A stretch of DNA of 64,000 bases from Candidatus Limnocylindria bacterium (GCA_046566045.1 JBKHXL010000066.1:26985-90984), one strand, 5' to 3'; positions 47,009 through 56,960 are shown, numbered from the stretch's first letter. The notes: generated by a model from the letters alone, not told the origin. Program-made: numbers and translations.

Positions 47009-47952
47009 CGCGCCGGCGTCCGGTGGGCGTCGCGGTACCACGTCGCGATCCGCTCGAGCGCGGTCTCGAGCGGATACGGTGGCTCGAACCCGGTCGCCTC
47101 GACGAACGCGGCGGTCGAGTACGAGACCGAGCTCGTCAGCGTCTCGATCCGGACCGGGTCGAGCAGCGGCAGTCGCCCCATCCGCCGGCTCAGGGCAGTC
47201 TCCACGCGCCCCAGGCTGCGAACGGCCAGCGTCGGAACGGGCACGACGGGCGCGCGCCCGCGACCCAGTGCGCGAGCCAGGGTCGTGACGATCCGGCGCA
47301 GGGGGTAGGACTCCGCATCGCCGACGATGAAGGTCCGCCCACCCGCGGTCGGCTGCTCCACCAGGAGGTCCACCGCGGCCACGAGATTGCCGACGTAGCT
47401 GAAGGGCACGAGCGCCGAGCCACCGCCCACCACCGGGATGACGGGCAGGTCGGACAGGCGGCACAGGAGTGCCGCGAGGCCCCGTCCCTCGCCGAAGATG
47501 GACGTCGGACGGACGATCGTGACCGGCACGCCGCCCGCCTCGGCGAGCAGCGCGACCTCGCCGTCGCGCTTGCTCTGGCCGTATGGGGTCCGGGGCGGAA
47601 GCAGATCGTCCTCCCGGATCATCCGGCCGGTCCGGTGGCCCATGGCCGCGACGCTGCTGAGATGGATGACGTGATCGACGCCGACAGCCGCCGCGGCCCG
47701 GCCCAGCATCCGGACCGCCTCGACGTTGTCCCGGCGCAGGCGGCGCAGGCCGGATGGAGACGTATCCGTCGCGGCGGCATAGCCCGCCGCGTTGATCACG
47801 ATGTCGCCTCGCTGCAGGTACGACGCGACCGCCTCGCCGGAGGCCAGATCGACCTCGCCACGCGTCGGAGCGACGACATCCCGGCCGAGTCCGCCACGAA
47901 GTGCCGTCCCGATGAAGCCGGCTCCGCCGAAGAGGACGACCCTGCCCGTCAC
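47005..47952 (-). CDS. NAD-dependent sugar epimerase/dehydratase (SDR extended family)
   Basis: LFGGAGFIGTAL and YGQSKRDGE (YxxxK). GTGA overlap with the upstream gene and ATGA overlap with the downstream gene. Confidence 0.85.
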   Translation of the reverse strand: MTGRVVLFGGAGFIGTALRGGLGRDVVAPTRGEVDLASGEAVASYLQRGDIVINAAGYAAATDTSPSGLRRLRRDNVEAVRMLGRAAAAVGVDHVIHLSSVAAMGHRTGRMIREDDLLPPRTPYGQSKRDGEVALLAEAGGVPVTIVRPTSIFGEGRGLAALLCRLSDLPVIPVVGGGSALVPFSYVGNLVAAVDLLVEQPTAGGRTFIVGDAESYPLRRIVTTLARALGRGRAPVVPVPTLAVRSLGRVETALSRRMGRLPLLDPVRIETLTSSVSYSTAAFVEATGFEPPYPLETALERIATWYRDAHRTPAR

Positions 47953-49196
47953 GTCGCCCCGGGAGCGACGGTCCGCAGCAGATCGCCGAGCTGGCGCCCG
48001 GTGACATCGATGCTGTACCGCTCGCGCACGAGCGCCTGGCCGCGCCGTCCCATCGCCGCACGCTCCTCGGGGGAGCACGCCAGCAGGTCGGCCAGCGCGG
48101 CAGCCAGCGATCGCGCCGAGCCTGGATCGTAGGTCCGGCCGGCGTCAGCCTCCGCGACGGGGGTGTCGGGCAGCCGCGAGGCGAGCAGGACCGGGCGGCC
48201 GGCCGCCAGGTAGTCGAAGAGCTTGTTCGGGCTGAGGCCGTACGCATACACCGCGGCATCGGCGAACGACACCAGGAGTGCCGACGCCCTGGCCAGGGCC
48301 GCAGGGATCGCGGCCTTGGCGATCGGCGGATGGAACGCCAGGTGGGCATGCCCGCGCGCCGCGGCAGCCGCCACGAGCGCGTCATGCCGTCCACCATCGC
48401 CGATCAGGACGACGGCCAGGCTGGCGTAGGTCGCCGGCTCCTCGTCGCGCAGCAGATCCATGGCCTCGAGGACCAGATCGAGGCCATTGGAAACGCCCTG
48501 CGCGCCCGCGTACATGACGATCTGGCGACCCTCGAAGCTGGCGAGGATCGCCTCCAGGCTGGCCGGGAGCGGTTCGACCGGGCCGTCGGTGGGACCTGCC
48601 GAGGCGTTGGGGATATGGACACAGCGGCCCGGGTCCGTGCCCATCTCCCCGACCCGGCGGTGGGCATGCGGCGGAACGATGACGATCCGATCCGCCACGC
48701 GGTAACACACGCGCTCCACCAGTTCGAGGGCCCGATGGACGAGGCCGCCGGCTCGGACGGCGCCGAGGTCCACCAGGGCCGACGGCCAGAGGTCCCTGAC
48801 CTCGAACAGGTAGGGCACGCCGAAGCGGCGGGCGACGAGCGCGCCGACGAGCCCGGCAAGGAGGTGCGGCGACGAGCCCATGACCACGTCGGGTCGGTGG
48901 TCCAGGCGAAGCGCGGTCCACGTGGCCCGCAGCGAGTACGCCAGCATCGATCGGATGCGCTGCCCGTCGTTGGCGCGATACGACCCCGTGTCCAGCCACA
49001 CGAAGCGCACACCGTCGTGCACGCTGCGGGAGGTCCGCCGGCTCCCCGACGCGTCACGCGTCAGGTAGTTGAAGCGGGATGCGATGACCGTCACGTCGTG
49101 ACCCTGGCGGACGAGCGCGGCGCCGAGGTCACCGTGTCGGGTGATGCCCGACGCCCCTGCCGGCAAGCCATACTGATTGACGATGACGAGATGCAT
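47949..49196 (-). CDS. glycosyltransferase (GT-B fold, GT4/WbuB-like)
   Basis: N-terminus MHLVIVNQY...GITRHGDLG, and FEVRDLWP, as in the WbuB-like GT4 group. Confidence 0.85.
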   Translation of the reverse strand: MHLVIVNQYGLPAGASGITRHGDLGAALVRQGHDVTVIASRFNYLTRDASGSRRTSRSVHDGVRFVWLDTGSYRANDGQRIRSMLAYSLRATWTALRLDHRPDVVMGSSPHLLAGLVGALVARRFGVPYLFEVRDLWPSALVDLGAVRAGGLVHRALELVERVCYRVADRIVIVPPHAHRRVGEMGTDPGRCVHIPNASAGPTDGPVEPLPASLEAILASFEGRQIVMYAGAQGVSNGLDLVLEAMDLLRDEEPATYASLAVVLIGDGGRHDALVAAAAARGHAHLAFHPPIAKAAIPAALARASALLVSFADAAVYAYGLSPNKLFDYLAAGRPVLLASRLPDTPVAEADAGRTYDPGSARSLAAALADLLACSPEERAAMGRRGQALVRERYSIDVTGRQLGDLLRTVAPGAT

Positions 49197-49205
49197 GCGA
49201 GCGGG

Positions 49206-50510
49206 ATGGTAGCAAGGCCCCGTCGGCCGGGGTTCGTCCGAACCGTCGCGATCCTCGCCGGCGGGGCCGCCGGCGCCCAGCTCATCACTGCGGGCGTGTC
49301 GCCATTCCTGACGAGGCTGTACAGCCCGGTGGAGATCGGCCAGTTGGGCCTGTTCCTGGCATTCGTCCAGGTGGCCACCGTCGCCACGTCGCTGCGCTAC
49401 GAGCAGGCGGTCGTCATCCCGGCCAGGACGGCGGATGCGGCCCGACTGGTCGGACTGGCCATCGGCCTGGTACCGATGGTGAGCCTCATCAGTGCTGCCC
49501 TGCTGGCCGCCCTCATCCTCCTCGATGTCGGCGGCTACGGCACGCTGCCCCTGGTGGCGGCGCCGCTGGCCGGCTTGGGCCTGGCGGGCTTCGGGATCCT
49601 GACCGTCCTGCGCTACTGGCTCATCCGAAGCGACGCCTACCGGATGATCTCCCAGGTCCAGGTCGTCCAGAGCGCCGGCCGTGCGATCGCGCAGGTCGGC
49701 TTCGGCCTGCTGTCCGGCGGCGTCCTCGGACTACTGGTGGGCGACATCCTCGGCCGGCTCCTGGGGCTGTCGGGCGCGATCCGCTCTGCGGGCGCTGCGG
49801 CCATGGCAGCGCGACGCCTGCCGGGCCTGAGCACGGCCGCGATGGCCCGAGCGTACTGGCGCTTCCCGGCGCTCGGGGTGCCGTCCTCGCTGCTCAACGC
49901 CGCCGCAGCCAGTCTGCCCGTGCCCCTGGTCGCCGCCTCGTACGACCTCACGATGGCGGGCTACCTGGCCCTGGTCCAGCGAGTCCTGGGACTGCCGCTC
50001 AGCGTGATCGGAGCAAGTGTCGGCGACGCCACGCTCGCCCGAGTCGCCGAGCACGCGCGATCCGACCCACGGGCGGCGTTGCCCCTGTTCCGTCGACTGG
50101 CCATCGCCCTGTTCCTGGTCGGCCTGCCGATCGCGATCGGGCTCGCCGTGCTTGGTCCATGGGCGTTCGGGATCGTGTTCGGCCCGGCATGGGGGACCGC
50201 GGGGGTGGTGGCGGCGCACATGGCCCCATGGCTCGTCTCGGCGCTGATCGTCAGCCCGCTCAGCCGGGTCGCCGTCGTCTACCAGGCGCAGCGGACCAAG
50301 CTCGTGTACGACGTCCTGGCCCTCGCGGCGGTCGTGGTGAGCATCGCCGGCGGGGCAGCAGCCGGCCTGGACGCGCTGGAGGCCATCCGCCTGCTCGCCG
50401 TGCTGCAGACGGCCGCCTACGCCGTCTACCTGCTCGTGCTGTACCGGGTGGTGTCCCGTCACGCAGCGGCGCCGATTCCGGCGGATCACGACGAAACGAC
50501 CGGACGGTAG
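49206..50510 (+). CDS. polysaccharide flippase (Wzx / MOP superfamily)
   Basis: Highly hydrophobic, ~12 predicted helices. LTRLYSPVEIGQLGLFLAF is typical of a Wzx N-terminus. The start is ambiguous (ATG 49191 or 49206). Confidence 0.75.
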   Translation: MVARPRRPGFVRTVAILAGGAAGAQLITAGVSPFLTRLYSPVEIGQLGLFLAFVQVATVATSLRYEQAVVIPARTADAARLVGLAIGLVPMVSLISAALLAALILLDVGGYGTLPLVAAPLAGLGLAGFGILTVLRYWLIRSDAYRMISQVQVVQSAGRAIAQVGFGLLSGGVLGLLVGDILGRLLGLSGAIRSAGAAAMAARRLPGLSTAAMARAYWRFPALGVPSSLLNAAAASLPVPLVAASYDLTMAGYLALVQRVLGLPLSVIGASVGDATLARVAEHARSDPRAALPLFRRLAIALFLVGLPIAIGLAVLGPWAFGIVFGPAWGTAGVVAAHMAPWLVSALIVSPLSRVAVVYQAQRTKLVYDVLALAAVVVSIAGGAAAGLDALEAIRLLAVLQTAAYAVYLLVLYRVVSRHAAAPIPADHDETTGR

Positions 50511-50522
50511 ACTAGGTCCATC

Positions 50523-51143
50523 ATGCCCATCACCATCGCCCACACGGCGATCGTGGGCCCCCGCGTGGAACTCGGCGATGACTCGGTCATCGAGGAGTTC
50601 GTGGTGTTGGGCTCCTCCGCTTCCGACGACGTGTCCGTCCTCACCATCGGCGCCGGTGCCCGGATCCGTTCGCACACCGTCATCTACGTGGCCAACCGGA
50701 TCGGCCGGCGCTTCCAGACCGGCCACGGCGCGATGGTCCGCGAGGCCAACGTCATCGGCGACGACGTGAGCATCGGGACGCACAGCATCGTGGAGCACCA
50801 TGTCTCGATCGGCGACGGGGTCCGCATCCACTCGAACGCGTTCGTGCCGGAGTTCACGACCATCGAGGCGGGTGCCTGGATCGGCCCCTCGGTCACCCTC
50901 ACCAACGCCCGCTATCCGCAGAGCCCGGCCGCCAAGCATGACCTCCGCGGCCCGGTCATCAGGTCCGGCGCCAGGATCGGGGCGAACGCGACCATCCTGC
51001 CCGGGGTCGTCGTCGGGCCGGGCGCGCTGGTCGGCGCAGGCAGCGTCGTGGTCCGGGACGTTCCCGACGGTGCCGTCGTCGTCGGCAACCCGGCCCGGAT
51101 CGTCCGATACGTGACGGATATCGAGGCCTACCGTGCACGCTGA
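50523..51143 (+). CDS. hexapeptide-repeat N-acetyltransferase (WbpD/LbH type)
   Basis: Left-handed beta-helix repeats (IGDDVSIGTHSIVEHHVSIGDGVRIHSNAFV ...). Confidence 0.85.
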   Translation: MPITIAHTAIVGPRVELGDDSVIEEFVVLGSSASDDVSVLTIGAGARIRSHTVIYVANRIGRRFQTGHGAMVREANVIGDDVSIGTHSIVEHHVSIGDGVRIHSNAFVPEFTTIEAGAWIGPSVTLTNARYPQSPAAKHDLRGPVIRSGARIGANATILPGVVVGPGALVGAGSVVVRDVPDGAVVVGNPARIVRYVTDIEAYRAR

Positions 51144-51168
51144 CCCGGTCGAGGGCGAGAGGAGCACC

Positions 51169-52269
51169 ATGCGGGTCCAGCTGGTGGATCTTGGGGCGCA
51201 GTATCGATCCATCCGCCCGGAGATCGACGCGGCCATCCAGCGCGTGCTGGACACCACCAGCTTCATCCTTGGCGACGAGGTGCATCGGTTCGAGACCGCC
51301 TGGGCACGGCACGTCGGAGCCGGTGGTGCGGTCGGTGTCAGTTCCGGGACCGCGGCCATCGAACTGGCGCTTCGCGCCCTGGGCGTGCGCCCGGGCGACG
51401 AGGTCATCACGGCTGCCCACACGTTCATCGCGACGGCCGAGGCGATCACCAACGCCGGCGCACGTCCGGTCTTCGCCGACATCGACCCGGCCACGTTCGC
51501 GATCGACCCCGACCACGTCGAGGATCTCATCACGCCCAGGACGCGCGCGGTGCTGCCCGTCCACCTGTACGGGCACCCGGCCGATATGGGCGCGCTCATG
51601 GACATCGCCGCCAGGCACGACCTGTGGGTGATCGAGGACGCGGCCCAGGCCCATGGGGCGGCCATCGGCCAGCGGCCGGTCGGCAGCATCGGGCACCTCG
51701 CGTGCTTCAGCTTCTACCCGGGCAAGAACCTCGGCGCCTACGGCGACGCGGGGGCCGTCACCGGCAACGACCCCGTCGTGCTGGACCGTGTCCGCCGCCT
51801 CCGCGACCACGGGCGGACCACCAAGTACGAGCACGTCGAGGTCGGCTTCGCCGAGCGGATCGATGCCCTGCAGGCGGCCATCCTGGCGGCCAAGCTGCCG
51901 CACCTCGAGGCCTGGACGGAGGCGCGCCGACGGCATGCGCGACGGTATGTCGAGCTCCTGTCGGAGGCGGGCGTGACGGTCCCGACCGAGCAGCGCGGCG
52001 TTCGCCACGTCTACCACCTGTTCGTCGTGCGCTCGGCGCGCCGCGATGACCTGCTCGAGCACCTGCGGGAAGCCGGCGTCATGGCCGGCATCCACTACCC
52101 CATCCCGCTGCACCGCCAACCGGCCTACGTCGCGCTCGGCTACGGTGACGTGTCACTGCCGCATACGGAGCGTGCCGCAGCCGAGGTCCTCTCGCTGCCG
52201 ATCTACCCGGAACTGCCGGACGACGCCATCGCGCACGTCGCCGCCACCGTGCGCAGCGGGCCGGCATGA
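51169..52269 (+). CDS. DegT/DnrJ/EryC1/StrS-family sugar aminotransferase (WbpE-like)
   Basis: SFYPGKNLGAYGDAG PLP-lysine motif. Start is MRVQLVDLG. Confidence 0.9.
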   Translation: MRVQLVDLGAQYRSIRPEIDAAIQRVLDTTSFILGDEVHRFETAWARHVGAGGAVGVSSGTAAIELALRALGVRPGDEVITAAHTFIATAEAITNAGARPVFADIDPATFAIDPDHVEDLITPRTRAVLPVHLYGHPADMGALMDIAARHDLWVIEDAAQAHGAAIGQRPVGSIGHLACFSFYPGKNLGAYGDAGAVTGNDPVVLDRVRRLRDHGRTTKYEHVEVGFAERIDALQAAILAAKLPHLEAWTEARRRHARRYVELLSEAGVTVPTEQRGVRHVYHLFVVRSARRDDLLEHLREAGVMAGIHYPIPLHRQPAYVALGYGDVSLPHTERAAAEVLSLPIYPELPDDAIAHVAATVRSGPA

Positions 52270-53282
52270 CGGTCCGCCTGGCGCAGGTCGGTCTCGGCTA
52301 CTGGGGGCCCAACCTTGCTCGCAACCTGGCCGCCGTCGAGGGCGGCGAGTTGGCGGTGCTGTGCGACGCGGACGTGGGCCGCCTGGAGCGGATGTCCAGG
52401 CAGCTGCCGGGCCCGCGCCTCGTCACCGACTACGCCGACGTGCTCGCCGACGACACCATCGATGGCGTCGTCCTGGCCACCCCGGTCGATACCCACTTCC
52501 GGCTCGCGAGCGCCGCGCTGAAGGCCGGCAAGCACGTCCTCGTCGAGAAGCCACTGGCGACCACGAGCGCCGACTGCGAGGAACTCATCGCCCTGGCCGA
52601 TGCGCGCGACCTGCGGCTGATGGTCGGGCACGTGTTCGTCTACAACCCAGCCGTGCGCCGGGTCAAGGAGCTCATCGACGGCGGCGAGCTGGGCGACATC
52701 CAGTACATCTACTCCCAGCGACTCAATCTCGGCCAGGTCCGCCAGGACATCAACGCCATGTGGAACTTCGCCCCACACGACATCTCGATCCTGTGCGATT
52801 GGCTCGACGCCGAGCCGACCGACGTGACGGCGCGCGGCTTTGCGTACGTCCAGCCCGGCATCGAGGACGTCGTGTTCATGACGATGGCCTTTCCGGGCGG
52901 TGTCGGGGCCAATGTCCACATCAGCTGGCTGGACCCGCTCAAGGTCCGGCGCATGACCGTCGTCGGCAGCGAAAAGATGGTCGTCTACGACGACGTGAGC
53001 GCGGACGCCAAGATCACGATCTACGACCGGGGTGTGACCAAGCGACCGATGCATGCCTCCGAGGGCCTCGGTGCCTACCGCACCTTCGGCGAGTTCCAGT
53101 TGCTCCTGCGCGCCGGCGACGTGCTCATCCCGAAGCTGGAGTTCACGGAGCCGCTCAAGATCGAGTGCCAGCACTTCGTCGACTGCATCCGGAGCGGAGC
53201 GACGCCTCGGTCGGACGGACGGCAGGGGCTGCGCGTCGTGCGCACGCTCGAGGCTGCCCAGCGCGCGATGGCCAGAGCCTGA
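52266..53282 (+). CDS. Gfo/Idh/MocA-family sugar-nucleotide dehydrogenase (WbpB-like)
   Basis: VGLGYWGPNLARN Rossmann motif and the VLVEKPLA motif. ATGA overlap with the aminotransferase gene. Confidence 0.9.
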   Translation: MTVRLAQVGLGYWGPNLARNLAAVEGGELAVLCDADVGRLERMSRQLPGPRLVTDYADVLADDTIDGVVLATPVDTHFRLASAALKAGKHVLVEKPLATTSADCEELIALADARDLRLMVGHVFVYNPAVRRVKELIDGGELGDIQYIYSQRLNLGQVRQDINAMWNFAPHDISILCDWLDAEPTDVTARGFAYVQPGIEDVVFMTMAFPGGVGANVHISWLDPLKVRRMTVVGSEKMVVYDDVSADAKITIYDRGVTKRPMHASEGLGAYRTFGEFQLLLRAGDVLIPKLEFTEPLKIECQHFVDCIRSGATPRSDGRQGLRVVRTLEAAQRAMARA

Positions 53283-54385
53283 TGTTCGACCGGGGCGGCT
53301 CAGATGAGCATGTCACCCGGGCGGTTGCCGGCGCCGACCAGGATCAGCCCGTGCGCGCCAACTTGCGTCTACTCCTGATAACGAGCCTCTATCCGACCTC
53401 TGACCGGCCTGATGCGGGACCGTTCGTGGAACAGCGCGTCCGGAAGGCACGAGCGTTCGGAGCCGACGTTCGGGTCGTGGCGGCGAAGACCTATCGCGGG
53501 TCGGTCGTCGTTCGATATCTCAGGCTGGCGTTCGCCGCATGCACCTCGCGAGGGCGCTTCGACGGAGTCGAGACGCACGCCCTCTTTCCGACCGGACTGA
53601 TCGGGATGACGGCGGCTCGCTTGCGATCGATCCCGCACGTCGTGTACGCCCATGGCAGCGACGTCGCGATATCTGCGCAACGGTCCTGGCTCCATCGACG
53701 CCTCGCCCGACTCGTGGCGAGGTCAGCGGCATGCGTCGTCACCAACTCGGAGCACACCGCCGCCATCGTCAGACGACTCGGCGTCGAGCCTCACGTCATC
53801 TCGCCCGGGGTGGACACGACCCACTTTCGGCCGGGTGGGCGACGGGCGGCCAGGGAGGTGACGGCGTTGCCGCAGGGTGCGCGCATCGCCTTGTTCTGCG
53901 GTCGGATGATCGAGTCGAAGGGCGCCGTTACCTTCGCCGAGGCGCTGACGGCCCTCGACGGGTGGCTCGGCGTGATGGTCGGCAGCGGTGAACTCGTGCC
54001 CGACATCCAGCGGCGGTTTCCGGCGATCCGCATCGTCGGCGCCGTTCCGACCGAAGCCGTGCCGGTCTGGATGCAGAGCGCTGATGTGGTCGTCGTGCCG
54101 TCCCACCGAGAGGGCTTGGGATTGGTGGCAGTGGAAGCGCTGGCCTGTGGCGTACCGGTCATCGCGAGCCGGGTGGGTGGTCTCGTCGAATCCATCCAGG
54201 ATGGGCGCACCGGCATCCTCATCCCGCCCGACGACGCCAACGCGATCCGCAACGCGCTGCGAGCCCTGGAAGACGACGACCTGAGGGGGCGGTTCGCGGC
54301 AGCTGCGCCGGCCAGCATCGCCCATCACTCGCTCGATCGATCCACGGAATCGATGGCCGCACTCTGGCGATCCGTGATCGGCTGA
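53282..54385 (+). CDS. glycosyltransferase family 1/4 (GT-B)
   Basis: SHREGLGLVAVEALACGVPVIAS (EX7E region). ATG 53282 overlaps the upstream TGA. An alternative GTG at 53351 (VRANLRLLLITS) would give a more typical N-terminus. Confidence 0.85.
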   Translation: MFDRGGSDEHVTRAVAGADQDQPVRANLRLLLITSLYPTSDRPDAGPFVEQRVRKARAFGADVRVVAAKTYRGSVVVRYLRLAFAACTSRGRFDGVETHALFPTGLIGMTAARLRSIPHVVYAHGSDVAISAQRSWLHRRLARLVARSAACVVTNSEHTAAIVRRLGVEPHVISPGVDTTHFRPGGRRAAREVTALPQGARIALFCGRMIESKGAVTFAEALTALDGWLGVMVGSGELVPDIQRRFPAIRIVGAVPTEAVPVWMQSADVVVVPSHREGLGLVAVEALACGVPVIASRVGGLVESIQDGRTGILIPPDDANAIRNALRALEDDDLRGRFAAAAPASIAHHSLDRSTESMAALWRSVIG

Positions 54386-54629
54386 TCCGGCGCGGGAGAC
54401 CGTCGGGCGGCGATCCCCCTGCCATTCGTCGCTCCGATCGGACTCTCGAACAGCAGCAGCACGAGCGACTTCACGAGGCAGGTCAGGCGTTCGATCGACA
54501 GGCACACCGTCGAGCGTCTTCGTGTTTTCCTTTCGCCCCTGGGCACTCTATCGTCCGCACTACGATGGTTGAATCGATGGCTCGAAGGACCCGGCCCGCT
54601 CCGGTGTCGAACGCGAAGAACCGGTCCTG

Positions 54630-56129
54630 ATGCCAGCGCCTGCGGGATCACTCCGCACCAGCGTTCTTGTGTCGAGGATCCCGAGCGTCGGACGCGACTC
54701 GGCCGTTCTGGCACCGAGCTACGTCGTTCCCGGTCTGGCGTCGCTCCTGTCGATCCCCGTCTTGTTCGCGACCCTCGGCCCCGCCCAGTACGGGATCCTC
54801 GCACTGATCCTCGCGGTCGCCAACGGCGTACCGCAGTTGACGACAGGCTGGCTTGAGGCAGTCGTGGTTCGGTTCGCCCACCGGCCAGAGTTCCAACTGC
54901 CCGTCCGAGGCGTCGTCGCCGCCCTGCTCGGGTCATGCCTGATGGGTGGCGTCCTATCGGCCGTCTTCATCCCAGCCGCGGACATCGTCGTGGCCGCTTC
55001 CACGGCGCTCTTGACCGGCACCATCGGTGCCTATCTCGTCGCGATAGCGCGCCTGCAGGCGTTGCTGCGTTTCCGCATGGTCAGCGTCGGGACGGTCGTG
55101 CGCGCGATCGTCGGTACGGTGGGATCCGTCGCCCTGGCGTTCGCCTTCGGCACCGCCGTGGCCGCGGCTGTCGGACTCGCGATCGGGTTCGGTCTAGGGA
55201 CCGCTGTGCTTGTCATGGCAACGTCGAACGCTGCCAAGACCGCCGCCGCGGAAGCGCATGTCAAGCCCGAGCCGCCCGGTGAGTCTCGGCGCGACATCGC
55301 CGGGTACGGTCTCGGCTCTCTGGCTGTGGCGAGTCTCCTGTACGTGCTATCCGTGAGCGATCGCTTCGTGTTGTCGAGCTTTCGTCCGCTAGACGAAGTC
55401 GGTGTCTACGCGGCGACGTATGGGATCGTCGACCTGGTCTTTCGGCTCGTACCGTCCGTTCTATTCGTCGTCGTCCGGCCGCGGGTGTTTCGCGCATGGG
55501 ATCGCGGTGACGCGCCCCGCGTGCTGTCGTTGGTGGTCCTCGCAGCGCAGCTGCTCGGCTGGATCCTCGCACTGCTGTCGATCAGCGTGATCCTCATCGC
55601 GAAATATGGCGACGTCCTCCCGATCGACGTCAGGCTGGCAGGGCCGATCGCGATCGGGCTCGCGGCCTTCATAGCCTCGACGACCTTTGGTCTGGTTTAC
55701 GGCGCTGGGCTCCGACAAGGTCGTCTCGCCATCCATCTCGCTCTCGCGGCGGCGCTGAACGTCGGACTCAACCTCGTCGTCGTTCCGACCCTGGGCCCAT
55801 TCGGTGCCGCTGCGACCACCGCGATCAGCTACGGCGCCCTGCTTGCGATGAATCTGTGGGCGCTCCGGGGGATCATGCCGATGTCCGACGATAGCGGTCT
55901 ACGAATCTGGGCCGTTTGTTTCCTTGCCACCGTCGCCAACGGCGTGCTCGCCGGCACGGACCTGTGGCCCGCCGTTGCCGTCGTCTCCACGCTCATCCTG
56001 CTGGCCCTCGCGCCAAACTTGGCGCGGCTGGTGCGTACCTTCATCCGGTCCCAGGCCACCGAGGCGTCTGATCCCAGCTTGGTCGCGTCCGAACGGCTCG
56101 GCGGTGCGTCAGGGCGGCCGATGGAATAG
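54630..56129 (+). CDS. second polysaccharide flippase (Wzx / MOP superfamily)
   Basis: 499 aa and very hydrophobic. The pattern resembles lipopolysaccharide-biosynthesis/Wzx proteins. Confidence 0.75.
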   Translation: MPAPAGSLRTSVLVSRIPSVGRDSAVLAPSYVVPGLASLLSIPVLFATLGPAQYGILALILAVANGVPQLTTGWLEAVVVRFAHRPEFQLPVRGVVAALLGSCLMGGVLSAVFIPAADIVVAASTALLTGTIGAYLVAIARLQALLRFRMVSVGTVVRAIVGTVGSVALAFAFGTAVAAAVGLAIGFGLGTAVLVMATSNAAKTAAAEAHVKPEPPGESRRDIAGYGLGSLAVASLLYVLSVSDRFVLSSFRPLDEVGVYAATYGIVDLVFRLVPSVLFVVVRPRVFRAWDRGDAPRVLSLVVLAAQLLGWILALLSISVILIAKYGDVLPIDVRLAGPIAIGLAAFIASTTFGLVYGAGLRQGRLAIHLALAAALNVGLNLVVVPTLGPFGAAATTAISYGALLAMNLWALRGIMPMSDDSGLRIWAVCFLATVANGVLAGTDLWPAVAVVSTLILLALAPNLARLVRTFIRSQATEASDPSLVASERLGGASGRPME

Positions 56130-56960
56130 GGCGAGCTTGCCGGACGGCGCGGCACCCGTACGCAGGAGCACGCCGTCGAGCCCGTACAGCATCGGGCCCA
56201 GCCAGTGGGCGTTGGCGGGAAGGATCCGGCAGACGGCCACGACCGCGATCCACGATGCACGCCAGAACCGATACCACCGGCGAGTCGCTCCTTCGATCGG
56301 ATTGTTGGCCATGACCGCGTAGGGCTCGACGACGGCCAGGCTCAGTCCGGTCGCCACCAGTCGGTCGACGTACCGTTCCAGCGGACGTGCCCTTGATGAC
56401 ATCGTTGCGTCGAACGGTCGTTCGAAGGACGCATCGAACAGGATCGGCTCCGCGAGCAGCAACGAACCACCCGGGGCCACCAGCCGGCCGATGTTCTCAA
56501 GCGCCCGGTCGAACCGCGACTCATCGGTGATGTGCAACAGGACGTTGTGGCAATCCACGAGATCGTACGAACCGACGGCGGTCGGGTCGAGCTCGCTGAT
56601 GTCGGCAACGTCGAACCGACCATCGGGGTAGCGGCGGTTCAGTGCCTCGACGGCGATCTCGGAGAGGTCGCACCCGTCGATCTGGGTCACGCCGAGGGTG
56701 CGCCAATGGTCCACCCAGTACCCCGTGCCGGCACCGACTTCGTACATGCGCGTCCCGGCGCGGGGTAGTCCTGCGCGAATCGCCAGCCGCGTCACCGAGC
56801 GTGCCCAGGAACGGTACAGCCAACGATTCAGTGTCGCCGGTAAGCCAGACTGGCCGACCGCCGAGAGACCGCCTCGTTCGTGGAGCTTCCGCCAATAGAC
56901 CCTCGGCTGATATGGGACGGTGCTCGGAGCCGACGACGGAGGCTGGTCGTTGTCCGTCAT
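56109..56960 (-). CDS. class I SAM-dependent methyltransferase
   Basis: Motif I MYEVGAGTGYW, then an acidic motif II region (DGCDLSEIAV) and post-II YDLVDCHNVLLH. Confidence 0.8.
   Translation of the reverse strand: MTDNDQPPSSAPSTVPYQPRVYWRKLHERGGLSAVGQSGLPATLNRWLYRSWARSVTRLAIRAGLPRAGTRMYEVGAGTGYWVDHWRTLGVTQIDGCDLSEIAVEALNRRYPDGRFDVADISELDPTAVGSYDLVDCHNVLLHITDESRFDRALENIGRLVAPGGSLLLAEPILFDASFERPFDATMSSRARPLERYVDRLVATGLSLAVVEPYAVMANNPIEGATRRWYRFWRASWIAVVAVCRILPANAHWLGPMLYGLDGVLLRTGAAPSGKLALFHRPP

Noticed and set aside
54420-54520. A minus-strand reading (...TVCLSIERLTCLVKSLVLLLFESP...) vaguely like the IERxFxxLK C-terminal motif of IS5-family transposases.
   Set aside because: Only a ~10-residue resemblance. 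The diagnostic ATRYDK segment is missing, and there are no inverted repeats or other transposase fragments. Too weak to call a mobile-element relic.
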